DNA of 64,000 nucleotides, taken from contig NIVC01003056.1 in NCBI GenBank assembly GCA_002269645.1, forward strand, positions 11,334 through 75,333, in the 5' to 3' direction. How positions within the stretch are numbered: position 1 is the first letter of the stretch; each line of letters starts with the position of its first letter. This stretch comes from Macrostomum lignano. Lineage: Eukaryota. This document shows positions 38,214 to 49,261 of the stretch, piece by piece. The position numbers and the translations under genes are program-made. The notes under the pieces were generated by a model that was not told the origin of the DNA, made no database searches, and was given only the letters and a program-made list of their open reading frames with translations.

Positions 38214-40418
38214 TCTATATATACTAAAGTTGACGCGTTGTTTGTCTGTCTGTATGTCAGTTCGATAACTCCTCCTAGAATACTTGCAACTCAGCGTTGA
38301 AACTTATATGGGAAAACTGCAAATTTTCCGAGGATGGCTTTAGGCTATTTTAATCTTTCATTTTCAATTTTTAAGATCCCTAAAAAAGCAGAAAACGGCG
38401 GTCTTGACCTTTGATAATCTTAATTGTCCCCTCTTTCTGCTCGGAGCTGAAAATTGGCATAAATTTTGAGTGATTACGCCACAACTTTTTCCTATGTCGC
38501 CAGTGCATTTTCTCTCCTGTGGGGGAATGGGCGCGTTCTCATTGGCGGCGTGTGTACAATTGGACCCTGGCTCACTGGCTGACTTTATAGATAATTGCGC
38601 AATGATATGGCTACTGATAAGTTTTCCTGCCTATCAATGGGCAGTCCTGTGTATTTGTTGGACATTGAAATTCAATGCATCAACTTGCAAGCAGGCAGTG
38701 AACGTACACTCGATACTTCAATGCTATAAATCAGACAGTTTCAAACGCTAACTGTTCCTCGAGTTTTAAACTTTGAGAGGAGAAACTTATATTGCTGGCA
38801 AGATCTTGCAACGCTGAGTTCGGGGATATAAGTTGTTTGCTTTAACTATGAAAAGAAAAAGCACAGCATTTGGAAAACTATTTCCATACTTTTAACTTTT
38901 TGCAAATATTGTACTCAGTTTTGCAAGACGTAATAGATAAAGTTGGGGGGAGGGTTCAACTTCTCACTACAGCTGTGGATTGGAGGGTTGATTTAGATTG
39001 CGCAATCTTTTGTTAACTTTACCTGAGGCTGATACTGACTGACTGTGAAATCGGTTGCGCAATGAATTGATTCAATTAGTTCAATATTTTTATCTGTGCC
39101 TTTTAACACGAAGCTGTGCGTAGTTCTAACCCTAACCCTAACCCTAATGAATCTGGCGAGTTGAGTTGTTTGACGGAAAAAATTCGATTAAGTCAAGTTT
39201 AGCGGAGACGATTTCAATGTTTAAATTCTGACGGAGAAGATTTCTGTTTCGTGGAGAGGATTTCGATGATGTTCAGTTTCACGAAAGGATTTCCATGGTG
39301 TTCAGTTTCACGGAGAGGATTTCGATCATGTTCAGCTTCACGGAGAGGCTTTCTGTTTCGCTGAGATAATTTATGATTGATTTCTGTTTTATGGAAACAA
39401 TTTTGATGGATTCAGGTTTCAAGGAGAGGATTTCGAAGGAGTCCAGTTTCACTGAGAGGATTTCGATGGTTTTTAGTTGCACAGACAGGATTTTTGCTTC
39501 GCGGAGAGGATTTTGATGGATTTGGCATCTTCAATCAGTCAGAGAAGAGAGTAAAGAGAAGACTGAAAAGAGAAGAGAGAAGAGATGATAGAAAACAGAG
39601 TAAAATTGAGTGGAGAGATTAGACATGACCGATTGGAGATGATAGGAGAGAGAATAGATGAGGGATAAGAGCGTACAGAGGCAATAGAAGAGAGGGGAGA
39701 GTAGAGGAGAAAGAAAGAGTGAGATGAGGAGATGAGGAGATGAGGGATGAGAGAGGAGGGGAGAGAGGAGACAGGAGAGAGTACAGACGAAAGACTAGGG
39801 AGAAGATATAAATAAGGTAGTAAAGATGAGAGGAGAGAGAGGAGAGAGAAGCGAAAGGAGAAGAGAGTGAGGAGAGAGGAGAGAGATGAAAGGAGCAAGG
39901 AAAGGAGAAAAGAGAGAATGGAGAGAATAGAAAAGAGAGAAGAGAAGAGACAGGGGATAGTGAAAAGGAGGAAGAAAGATGTGAGACAAGAAAGTAGTGT
40001 CAGAGCGTATATGAAATATGAGAAATGAGAGCAGAGAGAAGAGAAAAGAGAAGAGAGAGAGAGGGTTAAGAGAGACGATAGATAAGTGAGTAGAGATGAC
40101 ATATGAGAGAGGAGAGAAGAGGGAGAGATAAGAGTGAAGAGAGGAGACAGAAGACAGGAGAAGGTACAGACGAAAGACGAGGGAGAAGAGATAAATAAGG
40201 GAGCAGGGGTAGAGATGAGATGAGAGAGAGGAGAGAGGAGATATGAGAGACTTGAGAGTCTTTGAGCTATGGTCTTTGAAAGATTTTGTAAAGAATTTGG
40301 AGACGATTTGGAAGATAGGGTTAAAGACATGGAATTTCAGTTGATGGATATTTCAGGGAATAGAATTCCGGTGATGGGAGTTCTTCCCCTTTCTCCTCCG
40401 AAGGAGGAGTTCCACTCG
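38214..40418 (+). mobile_element. Helitron-like unit P4 (family A) with polypurine tract
   Basis: 5' TC-TATATATACTAAAG. AG tract at 39538-40258, homologous to that of P3. 3' GAA-loop hairpin + TTCCA-CTCG. Confidence 0.75.
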
Positions 40419-41610
40419 TTAATACTAAAAGTGGTGCGTTGTTTGTCTGTGTGATACATATCTCCTCCTAGACGACTTGCAAGTCAGCGTCGAAACTTAT
40501 ATGGGAAAACTGCAAATTTTCCGAGGATGGCAGTGGGCTATTTCAATTTTTTATTTTTGCATTTTAAGATCCCGAAAAAAGCAAAAAACTGCAATATTGA
40601 CCTTTGATAATCTTATTTGTCCCCTCTTTCTGCTTGGAGCTGAAAACTTGCATGAATTTTGAGCGATTGCGCCATAACTTTCTCCTATCTCTGCAGTGTA
40701 TTTTCTCTCCAGTGGGGGTGCTTGCGTTCTCAGTGGCGGCGTGTGTACACTTGGACCTTGGCGCACGGGCTGACTGTATAGACAATTGCGCAACGATATG
40801 TGCTCTGATTTTCAATTAGGCAGCCCGGTGTATTTTTTGCACACTGAAATTCAATGCATCAACTTGCGAGCCTTTTTAGCAGGCAGGTGAACGTACACTC
40901 GATACTTCAATGCTTTAAATCGGGACATTTCAAACGCAAACTGTTCCTCGAGTTCTAAACTTTAAAAGAATATACTTATATTGCTGGAAAGATCTCGCAA
41001 CACTGAGTTCGGGGATATAAGTTGTTTGTTTTAAATGTGAAAAGAAAAAACACAGCGATCGAAAACAACTTCCATACTTTTTACTTTCTGGAAATATTGT
41101 ACTCATTTTGGGGTTCAATGGGGGTTCGACCAACCCCCCAACAGTTGGTGGGAGGGGGGGGGGCGGTTCAACTTTTAATTGCCACTGCGGAAGGGGGTCA
41201 GTCGCTGTGTATTAAAGGGTTGATTTAGATTGCGCAATCATTTCGTTAACTTTACCTGAGCCTGATACTGACTGAATGAGAAAACGGTTGCGCAATAAAT
41301 TGATTCAATTAATTCATATTTTTATCGGCGCCTTTCAACCCGCAGCTCTGTGCAGCTCTAACCCTAACCCTAACTAATGAATCCTGAGAGTTGAGTTCTG
41401 TTTGACGGAGAAAATTTCGATTGGGTCCAGTTTCGCGGAGAGGATTTCTGTTTCGCGGAGAGGATTTCGATGGTGTTCAGTTTCACGGAGAGGATTTTAA
41501 TGGATTTGGAGAACAGTTAGATGATGGGATTCAGCTGATGGAGATCAGGGAATGGAATTCCGGTGATGGGAGTTCTTCCCCTTTCTCCTCCAGAGGAGGA
41601 GTTGGCCTCG
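40419..41610 (+). mobile_element. Helitron-like unit P5 (family A, alpha subfamily)
   Basis: Near-identical to P2 and P8, with the same termini. Confidence 0.78.
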
Positions 41611-43760
41611 TCTTAATACTAAAACTGGTGCGATGTTTGTTTGTGTGTTGCAATTTTTCTCCTAGACAACTAGCAAGTCAGCGTCGAAACTTATATGGGA
41701 AAACTGCAAATTTTCCGGAGCAGGCTTTAGGCTATTTTAATTTTTAATTTTCACATTTTAACATCCCTAAAAAAGCAGAAAACTGCTTTTTTAACCCCCA
41801 ATAACCTTCTTTGGCCACTCTGCCTGGGGCTGCAGCCAGTTTGTAAAAATAGCCACCCCAACCTCCGCCCGCGGGCCGCTGTGTATTGAGGGGTGGTGGG
41901 TGCGCGTGTTCTGGGTTCAATGCAAATAAAACCCCCCGCGTGTTGGGGGGTTGAGTTAAATTTAATGCTTCCCCCAGAACGGGGGGTTGGGCTTGGGCTG
42001 AGTGTACATAGCAGTTGTACAGTGTAAATAGATAGACTGTGTCGAGATTCATTTGGTTTTATTATTGGCAGCCCTGTGTATTAGTTTGGCAGTGAAATTC
42101 AATGAATAAACTTGCGAGCTTCTCTAGCAAGCAGTCGGGAAATCGGTAAATTTCAAACGCTAACTGTTCCTCGAGTTTTAAACTTTGAGAGAAGAGACTT
42201 ATATTGCTGGAAAGATCTTGCAGCGCTGAGTTCGGGGATATAAGTTGTATGCTTTAAATATGAAAAGATATGAAAAGACTGTGTCGAGATTCATTTGGTT
42301 TTATTATTGGCAGCCCTGTGTATTAGTTTGGCAGTGAAATTCAATGAATAAACTTGCGAGCTTCTCTAGCAAGCAGTCGGGAAATCGGTAAATTTCAAAC
42401 GCTAACTGTTCCTCGAGTTTTAAACTTTGAGAGAAGAGACTTATATTGCTGGAAAGATCTTGCAGCGCTGAGTTCGGGGATATAAGTTGTATGCTTTAAA
42501 TATGAAAAGAAAAAGCACCGCATTTAAAAAACTATTTCCATACTTTTAACTTTCTGCAAAAATTGTACTCAGTTTTGCGAGACGTAATAGATAAAGTTGG
42601 GCGTATTGGAAGGGGGTCTGCCGCTGCGTATTGGAGGGTTGATTTAGACTGCGCAACCGTTTATTTAAATTTAAATAAGACTGATACTGTCTGACTGAGA
42701 AATGGTTTGCGCAATTAATTGATTCAATTAATTCAACACGCAGCTCTGTGCAGCTCTAACCCTAACCCTAACCAATGAATTCTGAGAGTTAAGTTCTTTT
42801 TGACAGAGAAAATTTCGATTGAGTCCAGTTTCACGGAGTATTCTGATGGTTTTCGGTTTCACGGAGAGGATTTCTTTTTCGTGGAGAGAATCTAGATGTA
42901 TTTCTGTTTTACGGAGACGATTTTGATGGATGTCAGTTTCACTCAGAGGATTTCCATGGAGCCCAGTTTCACGGAGAGGATTTCTGTTTGGCGGATTGGA
43001 TTTCGAAAGGAGTCCAGTTTCGCGGAGAGGATTTCTGTTTCGCGGAGAGGATTTCTGTTTCGCGGAGAGGATTTCTGTTTCGCGGAGAGGATTTCTGTTT
43101 CACGGAGGGATTTTGATGGATTTGGTATCTTCAGTCAGTCAGTAAAGAGAGTAAAGAGAAGAGTGAAAAGAGAAGAGAGAAGAGATTATAGAAAAGAGAG
43201 TAGAGATGAGAGAGGACAGATTAGACATGACAGATGGGAGAGAAGAGGGGAGTAAGGCGGGAACGAAGAGGGAGAGAGAAGAAAAGAGGAGAGAGGAGAT
43301 GAGAGGGAAGATATGAGATAGCAGAGGGAGACAGGAGAGATGAGAGGAGAGAGAAGAGAGGAGCTGAGAGTAGAGGAGAAAGAAATAGTGAGATGAGGCA
43401 TGAGGGATGTGAGATGAGAGAGGAGAGAAGAGAGGAGAGAGGTGAAAACAGGGGATAAAGGAGACAGGAGAGAAAGACGAAAGATGAGGGAGAAGAGATA
43501 AATAAGGTGGTAGAGATGAGAGACGTGAGAGGAGAGAAAAGAGAAGAGAGGAGACAGAAGAATCTGAGTCTGGACAATGGCAGTCAGTTTTTGCGAACAG
43601 GGAAAACAAGATATGGTAATGGAAAGGCTTTACAGAGGATTTGGAGATGATTTGGAAGATGGGATTCAAGTCATGGAATTTCAGCTGATGGATTTCAGGG
43701 AATGGAATTCCGGTGATGGGAGTTCTTCCCCTTTCTCCTCCAGAGGAGGAGTTGGCCTCG
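41611..43760 (+). mobile_element. Helitron-like unit P6 (family A) with an internal ~240-bp duplication and polypurine tract
   Basis: 5' TC-TTAATACTAAAACTGG. Duplication 42034-42510 and AG tract 43140-43560. 3' AGA-loop hairpin + CTCG. Confidence 0.75.
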
Positions 43761-44968
43761 TCTCTTAATACTAAAGTTGGTGCGTTGTTTGTCTGTGTGT
43801 GTGTGTGTTTGTTGGATAACTCCTCCTAGAATACTTGCAAGTCAGCGTTGAAACTTATATGGGAAAACTGCAAATTTTCCGAGGATGGCTTTAGGCTATT
43901 TTAATCTTTCATTTTCAATTTTTAAGATCCCTAAAAAAGCAGAAAATGGCGGTCTTGACCTTTGATAATCTTAATTGTCCCCTCTTTCTGCTTGGAGCTG
44001 AAAATTTGCATAAATTTTAGTGATTGCGCCATAAAATTTTTCTATCTTGGCAGTGTATTTTCTCTCAAGTGGGGGATGGTCGCGTTCTCAGTGGCTGCGT
44101 GTGTACACTTGAACCCTGGCTCACTGACTGACTTTATAGACAATTGCGCAACTATTTGTGTTCTGTTTTTTAACAGGAAGCCCTGTGTATTTTTTGCACA
44201 GTGAAATTCAGTGCATTTTAATGCATAAACTTGCGAGCATCTTTAGCAGGCAGTGAACGTACACTCGATATTTCAATGCTTAAAATCAGAAAGTTTCAAA
44301 CACTAACTGTTGCTCGAGTTTTGAACTTAGAGAGGAGAGACTTATATTGCTGGAAAGATCTTGCTGCAATGAGTTCGGGGATATAAGTTTTTTGCTTTAA
44401 ATATGAAAATTAAATTCACAGCATTCAAGAAAAGATTTTCATACTTTTAGCTTTCTGCAAAGATTGTGCTCATTTTGGAGTTCAATGGGGGTTCGACCGA
44501 CCCCCCAATAGTTGGTGGGGGGGGGTTCAATTTCTAGCTGCACTGCGTATTGGAAGGGGGGTCGGTTGCTGTGTATTTGAGGGTTGATTTAGATTGCGCA
44601 ATCTTTTTGTTAACTTTAACTGAGGCTGATACTGACTGCCTGAGAAATAAGTTGCGCAATTTAATTGGTTCAATGTTTTTACGGCGTCTTTCAACACGCA
44701 GCTGTGTGTAGCTCTAACCCTAACCCTAACCTTAACCAATGAATTCTGAGAGCTGGGCTGTTTGACGTAGAAATTTCGATTTAGTCCAGTTTCACGGAGA
44801 GGATTTCTATTTCGCGGAGAATATTTCGATGGTGTTCAGTTTCACGGAGACGATTTCTGTTGCGCGGAGAGGTGTTGGAAAATGGGATTCCGCTGATGGA
44901 GTTCAGGGAATGGAATTCCGCTAATTGGAGTTCTTCCCCTTTCTTCTCCGAAGGAGGAGTTGGCCTCG
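43761..44968 (+). mobile_element. Helitron-like unit P7 (family A)
   Basis: 5' TCTC-TTAATACTAAAG. 3' CTTCTCC-GAA-GGAGGAG-TTGGC-CTCG. The 3' two-thirds nearly match P9. Confidence 0.75.
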
Positions 44969-46159
44969 TAAATACTAAAAGTGGTGCGTTGTTTGTCTGT
45001 GTGATACATATCTCCTCCTAGACGACTTGCAAGTCAGCGTCGAAACTTATATGGGAAAACTGCAAATTTTCCGAGGATGGCAGTGGGCTATTTCAATTTT
45101 TTATTTTTGCATTTTAAGATCCCGAAAAAAGCAAAAAACTGCAATATTGACCTTTGATAATCTTATTTGTCCCCTCTTTCTGCTTGGAGCTGAAAACTTG
45201 CATGAATTTTGAGTGATTGCGCCATAACTTTCTCCTATCTCTGCAGTGTATTTTCTCTCCAGTGGGGGGTGCTTGCGTTCTCAGTGGCGGCGTGTGTACA
45301 CTTGGACCTTGGCGCACGGGCTGACTGTATAGACAATCGCGCAACGATATGTGCTCTGATTTTCAATTAGGCAGCCCGGTGTATTTTTTGCACACTGAAA
45401 TTCAATGCATCAACTTGCGAGCCTTTTTAGCAGGCAGGTGAACGTACACTCGATACTTCAATGCTTTAAATCGGGACATTTCAAACGCAAACTGTTCTTC
45501 GAGTTCTAAACTTTAAAAGAATATACTTATATTGCTGGAAAGATCTCGCAACACTGAGTTCGGGGATATAAGTTGTTTGTTTTAAATGCGAAAAGAAAAA
45601 ACACAGCGATCGAAAACAACTTCCATACCTTTTACTTTCTGGAAATATTGTACTCATTTTGGGGTTCAATGGGGGTTCGACCAACCCCCCAACAGTTGGT
45701 GGGAGGGGGGGGCGGTTCAACTTTTAATTGCCACTGCGGAAGGGGGTCAGTCGCTGTGTATTGGAGGGTTGATTTAGATTGCGCAATCATTTCGTTAACT
45801 TTACCTGAGCCTGATACTGACTGAATGAGAAAACGGTTGCGCAATAAATTGATTCAATTAATTCATATTTTTATCGGCGCCTTTCAACCCGCAGCTCTGT
45901 GCAGCTCTAACCCTAACCCTAACTAATGAATCCTGAGAGTTGAGTTCTGTTTGACGGAGAAAATTTCGATTGGGTCCAGTTTCGCGGAGAGGATTTCTGT
46001 TTCGCGGAGAGGATTTCGATGGTGTTCAGTTTCACGGAGAGGATTTTAATGGATTTGGAGAACAGTTAGATGATGGGATTCAGCTGATGGAGATCAGGGA
46101 ATGGAATTCCGGTGATGGGAGTTCTTCCCCTTTCTCCTCCAGAGGAGGAGTTGGCCTCG
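44969..46159 (+). mobile_element. Helitron-like unit P8 (family A, alpha subfamily)
   Basis: Near-identical to P2 and P5. Confidence 0.78.
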
Positions 46160-47395
46160 TCTTAATACTAAAGTTGGTGCGTTGTTTGTTTGTTTGTTTG
46201 TCTGTTTGTTTGTAGGATATCTCCTCCTAGACTACGTGCAACTCAGCGTTGAAACTTATATGGGAATACTGCAAATTTTCCGGAATCGGCTTTAGGCTGT
46301 TTTAATCTTTCATTTTTTAATTTTAAGATCCCTAAAAAAGCAGAAATCTGATTTCCTAACCTTCTCTGGACACTTTTTCTGCTCGGAGCTGAAAATTGGC
46401 ATAAATTTTGAGTGATTACGCCACAACTTTTTCCTATGTCGCCAGTGCATTTTCTCTCCTGTGGGGGAATGGGCGCGTTCTCATTGGCGGCGTGTGTACA
46501 ATCGGACCCTGGCTCACTGGCTGACTTTATAGACAATTGCGCAACTATTTGTGTTCTGTTTTTTAACAGGAAGCCCTGTGTATTTTTTGCACAGTGAAAT
46601 TCAGTGCATTTTAATGCATAAACTCGCGAGCATCTTTAGCAGGCAGTGAAGGTACACTCGATATTTCAATGCTTAAAATCAGAAAGTTTCAAACGCTAAC
46701 TGTTGCTCGATTTTTTAACTTTGAGAGACGAGACTTTTATTGCTGGAAAGAGCTTGCAGCGCTGAGTTCGGGGATATAAGTTTTTTGCTTTAAATATGAA
46801 AATTAAATTCACAGCATTCAAGAAAAGATTTTCATACTTTTAGCTTTCTGCAAAGATTGTTCTCATTTTGGAGTTCAATGGGGGTTCGACCGACCCCCCA
46901 ATAGTTGGTGGGGGGGGGGGGGTTCAATTTCTAGCTGCACTGCGTATTGGAAGGGGGGTCGGTTGCTGTGTATTGGAGGGTTGATTTAGATTGCGCAATC
47001 TTTGTGTTAACTTTAACTGAGGCTGATACTGACTGCCTGAGAAATAAGTTGCGCAATTTAATTGGTTCAATGTTTTTACGGCGCCTTTCAACACGCAGCT
47101 GTGTGTAGCTCTAACCCTAACCCTAACCCTAACCAATGAATTCTGAGAGCTAGGCTGTTTGACGTAGAAATTTCGATTTAGTCCAGTTTCACGGAGAGGA
47201 TTTCTATTTCGCGGAGAATATTTCGATGGTGTTCAGTTTCACGGAGAGGATTTCGATAGTGTTCAGTTTCACGGAGACGATTTCTGTTGCGCGGAGAGGT
47301 GTTGGAAAATGGGATTCCGCTGATGGAGTTCAGGGAATGGAATTCCGCTGATTGGAGTTCTTCCCCTTTCTTCTCCGAAGGAGGAGTTGGCCTCG
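46160..47395 (+). mobile_element. Helitron-like unit P9 (family A, mosaic)
   Basis: 5' TC-TTAATACTAAAG. 3' GAA-loop hairpin + CTCG. Confidence 0.75.
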
Positions 47396-48664
47396 TTAAT
47401 ACTAAAGTTGGTGCGTTGTTTGTCTGTTTGTGTGATACACATCTCCTCCTAGACGACTTGCAAGTCAGCGTTGAAACTTATATGGGAACACTGCAAATTT
47501 TCCGAGGATGGCAGTGGGCTATTTCAATTTTTTATTTTCAAATTTTAAGATCCCTAAAAAAGCAGAAATCGTAGAACAATAGGGGAATATGCCCATCTTG
47601 CGTAATTTGCAATGATTGCGCCACAACAGCTGGCCTATCTGTGCAGTGTATTCTTTCAGCTGAAGGAGTGTAAGCTGGGCCGGTTGACATCAATTTTTAG
47701 CGATTGCGCCACAACTGTGTGCACTGAGAACTTAACCAAACCCCTCTGTGTTGAGGGTGCTGGGGCGGCAGTGGAATTTAATGAATAAACTTGCAAGCCT
47801 TTTTAGCAGGCAGTGCACGCATGCGTACACTCGATAGTTCAATGCTTTAAATTGGGATATTTCAAACGCCAACTGTTCCTCGAGTTTTGAACTCTGAGAG
47901 AAGAGACTTATATTGCTGGAAAGATCTTTCAATGCAGACTTCGAGGATATAAGTTGTTTGCTTTAAATGTGAAAACAAAAAGCACAGCATTTAAAAAACG
48001 ATTTCCATACTTTTAACTTTCTGCAGTGTACTCATTTTGGAGTTCAATGGGGGTTCGACCAACCCCCCAACAGTTGGTGGGAGGGGAGGGGCGGTTCAAC
48101 TTTTAATTGCCACTGCGGAAGGGGGTCAGTCGCTGTGTATTGAAGGGTTGATTTAGTTTGCGCAATCTTTTTGTTAACTTTTACCGAGACTGATACTGAC
48201 TGACTGTGAAATCGGTTGCGCATTCAATGAATTTAATTGGTTCAATTTTTTATCGGCGCCTTTCAACACGCTGCTGCGTTGTAGCTCTAACCCTAACCCT
48301 AACCCTAACCACTAAATCCTGAGTGTTGATTCTTTTTGACGGAGAAAATTTCGATTCAGTCCAGTTTTAAGGAGAGAATTTCTGTTTCGCGGAGACGATT
48401 TTAATGGATTTCAGTTTCACGCAGAGGATTTCCATAAAGTCCAGTTTAACGGAGAGGATTTCTGTTTCTCGGAGAGGATTTTGATGAATGTCAGTTTCAC
48501 GGAGAGGTTTTTGATGGAGTTATCTTTTACGGAGAGGATTTCGATGATGTTCAGTTTCGCGGAGAGGAGTTGGATGATGGGATTCAGGGAATGGCATTTC
48601 AGGGAATGGAGTTCCGGTGATGGGAATTCTTCCCCTTTCTCCTCCAGAGGAGGAGTTGGCCTCG
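47396..48664 (+). mobile_element. Helitron-like unit P10 (family A)
   Basis: 5' T-TAATACTAAAG. 3' CTCCTCC-AGA-GGAGGAG-TTGGC-CTCG. Confidence 0.75.
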
Positions 48665-49130
48665 TATATACTAAAAATGAGTTGTCTGTGGGTATGCGAT
48701 AGATTTCAGAAAAATTGGCTCAACCGATTTTCTTCAAACTTGCACCATTCGATCAGAAATTTTCCTGGGACGGTACATGCATCTTGGCTAAGAAATTGCT
48801 CAATGTTAAAGGGATTAAATATTCGAAAAACATGCTTTTTTGCAAAGGTCAAGCAGCTCTTTCGACCTGAAATGCATTGTAAGAATGCTAGAGAAAAAAC
48901 TGACTGACTGAATTCCGATTGTGATAAAGATTGCATCACAACAAGTTGAAAACAGTGTCAAAGAAATGCACACACGACTTGATTTAAATTGCGTAACCAT
49001 ATTGCTAACTTAAATTGAGACTGATACTGGCTGACTGAGAAATTGATTATGTCATAACTTTTTACTCCAATTGACTTGCTGTAAGAATTGAATTATAAGG
49101 GCCACAATTCATGTTCTCCAATTGAAAAGA

Positions 49131-49211
49131 GATAGCCCTGATGCGAACAGACTGGAATGCTAATGTAGCGACCTGGGTTCGAATCTTAGTAGTGCAAAAA
49201 GATTTTTTTTT
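49131..49211 (+). promoter_or_regulatory. tRNA-derived A/B-box cassette plus T9 in unit P11
   Basis: TAGC at 49133 and GGTTCGAATC at 49176-49185 (44-nt spacing), T9 at 49203-49211. Confidence 0.5.
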
Positions 49212-49261
49212 ATTAAAACACCTTAAAAACACAACAAAACTGCTAAACATCAAAGAAGCGC

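Noticed and set aside
36936-43669. Leu/Ser-rich minus-strand 'membrane protein' ORFs (396, 263 and 176 aa)
   Set aside because: These are translations of the polypyrimidine strand of AG tracts inside Helitron-like units, with no domain signature.
34243-46159. Alpha-unit triplication as an assembly error
   Set aside because: The copies carry distinct SNPs and different neighbours, with identity ending at biological termini. Long reads would still be the decisive check.
49131-49211. tRNA-like segments (also 2071-2151, 29072-29150, 32264-32342, 62540-62600) as real tRNA genes
   Set aside because: The acceptor and anticodon stems do not pair properly. The first four are embedded in mobile elements, and the 62540 copy has too short an A-to-B spacing.
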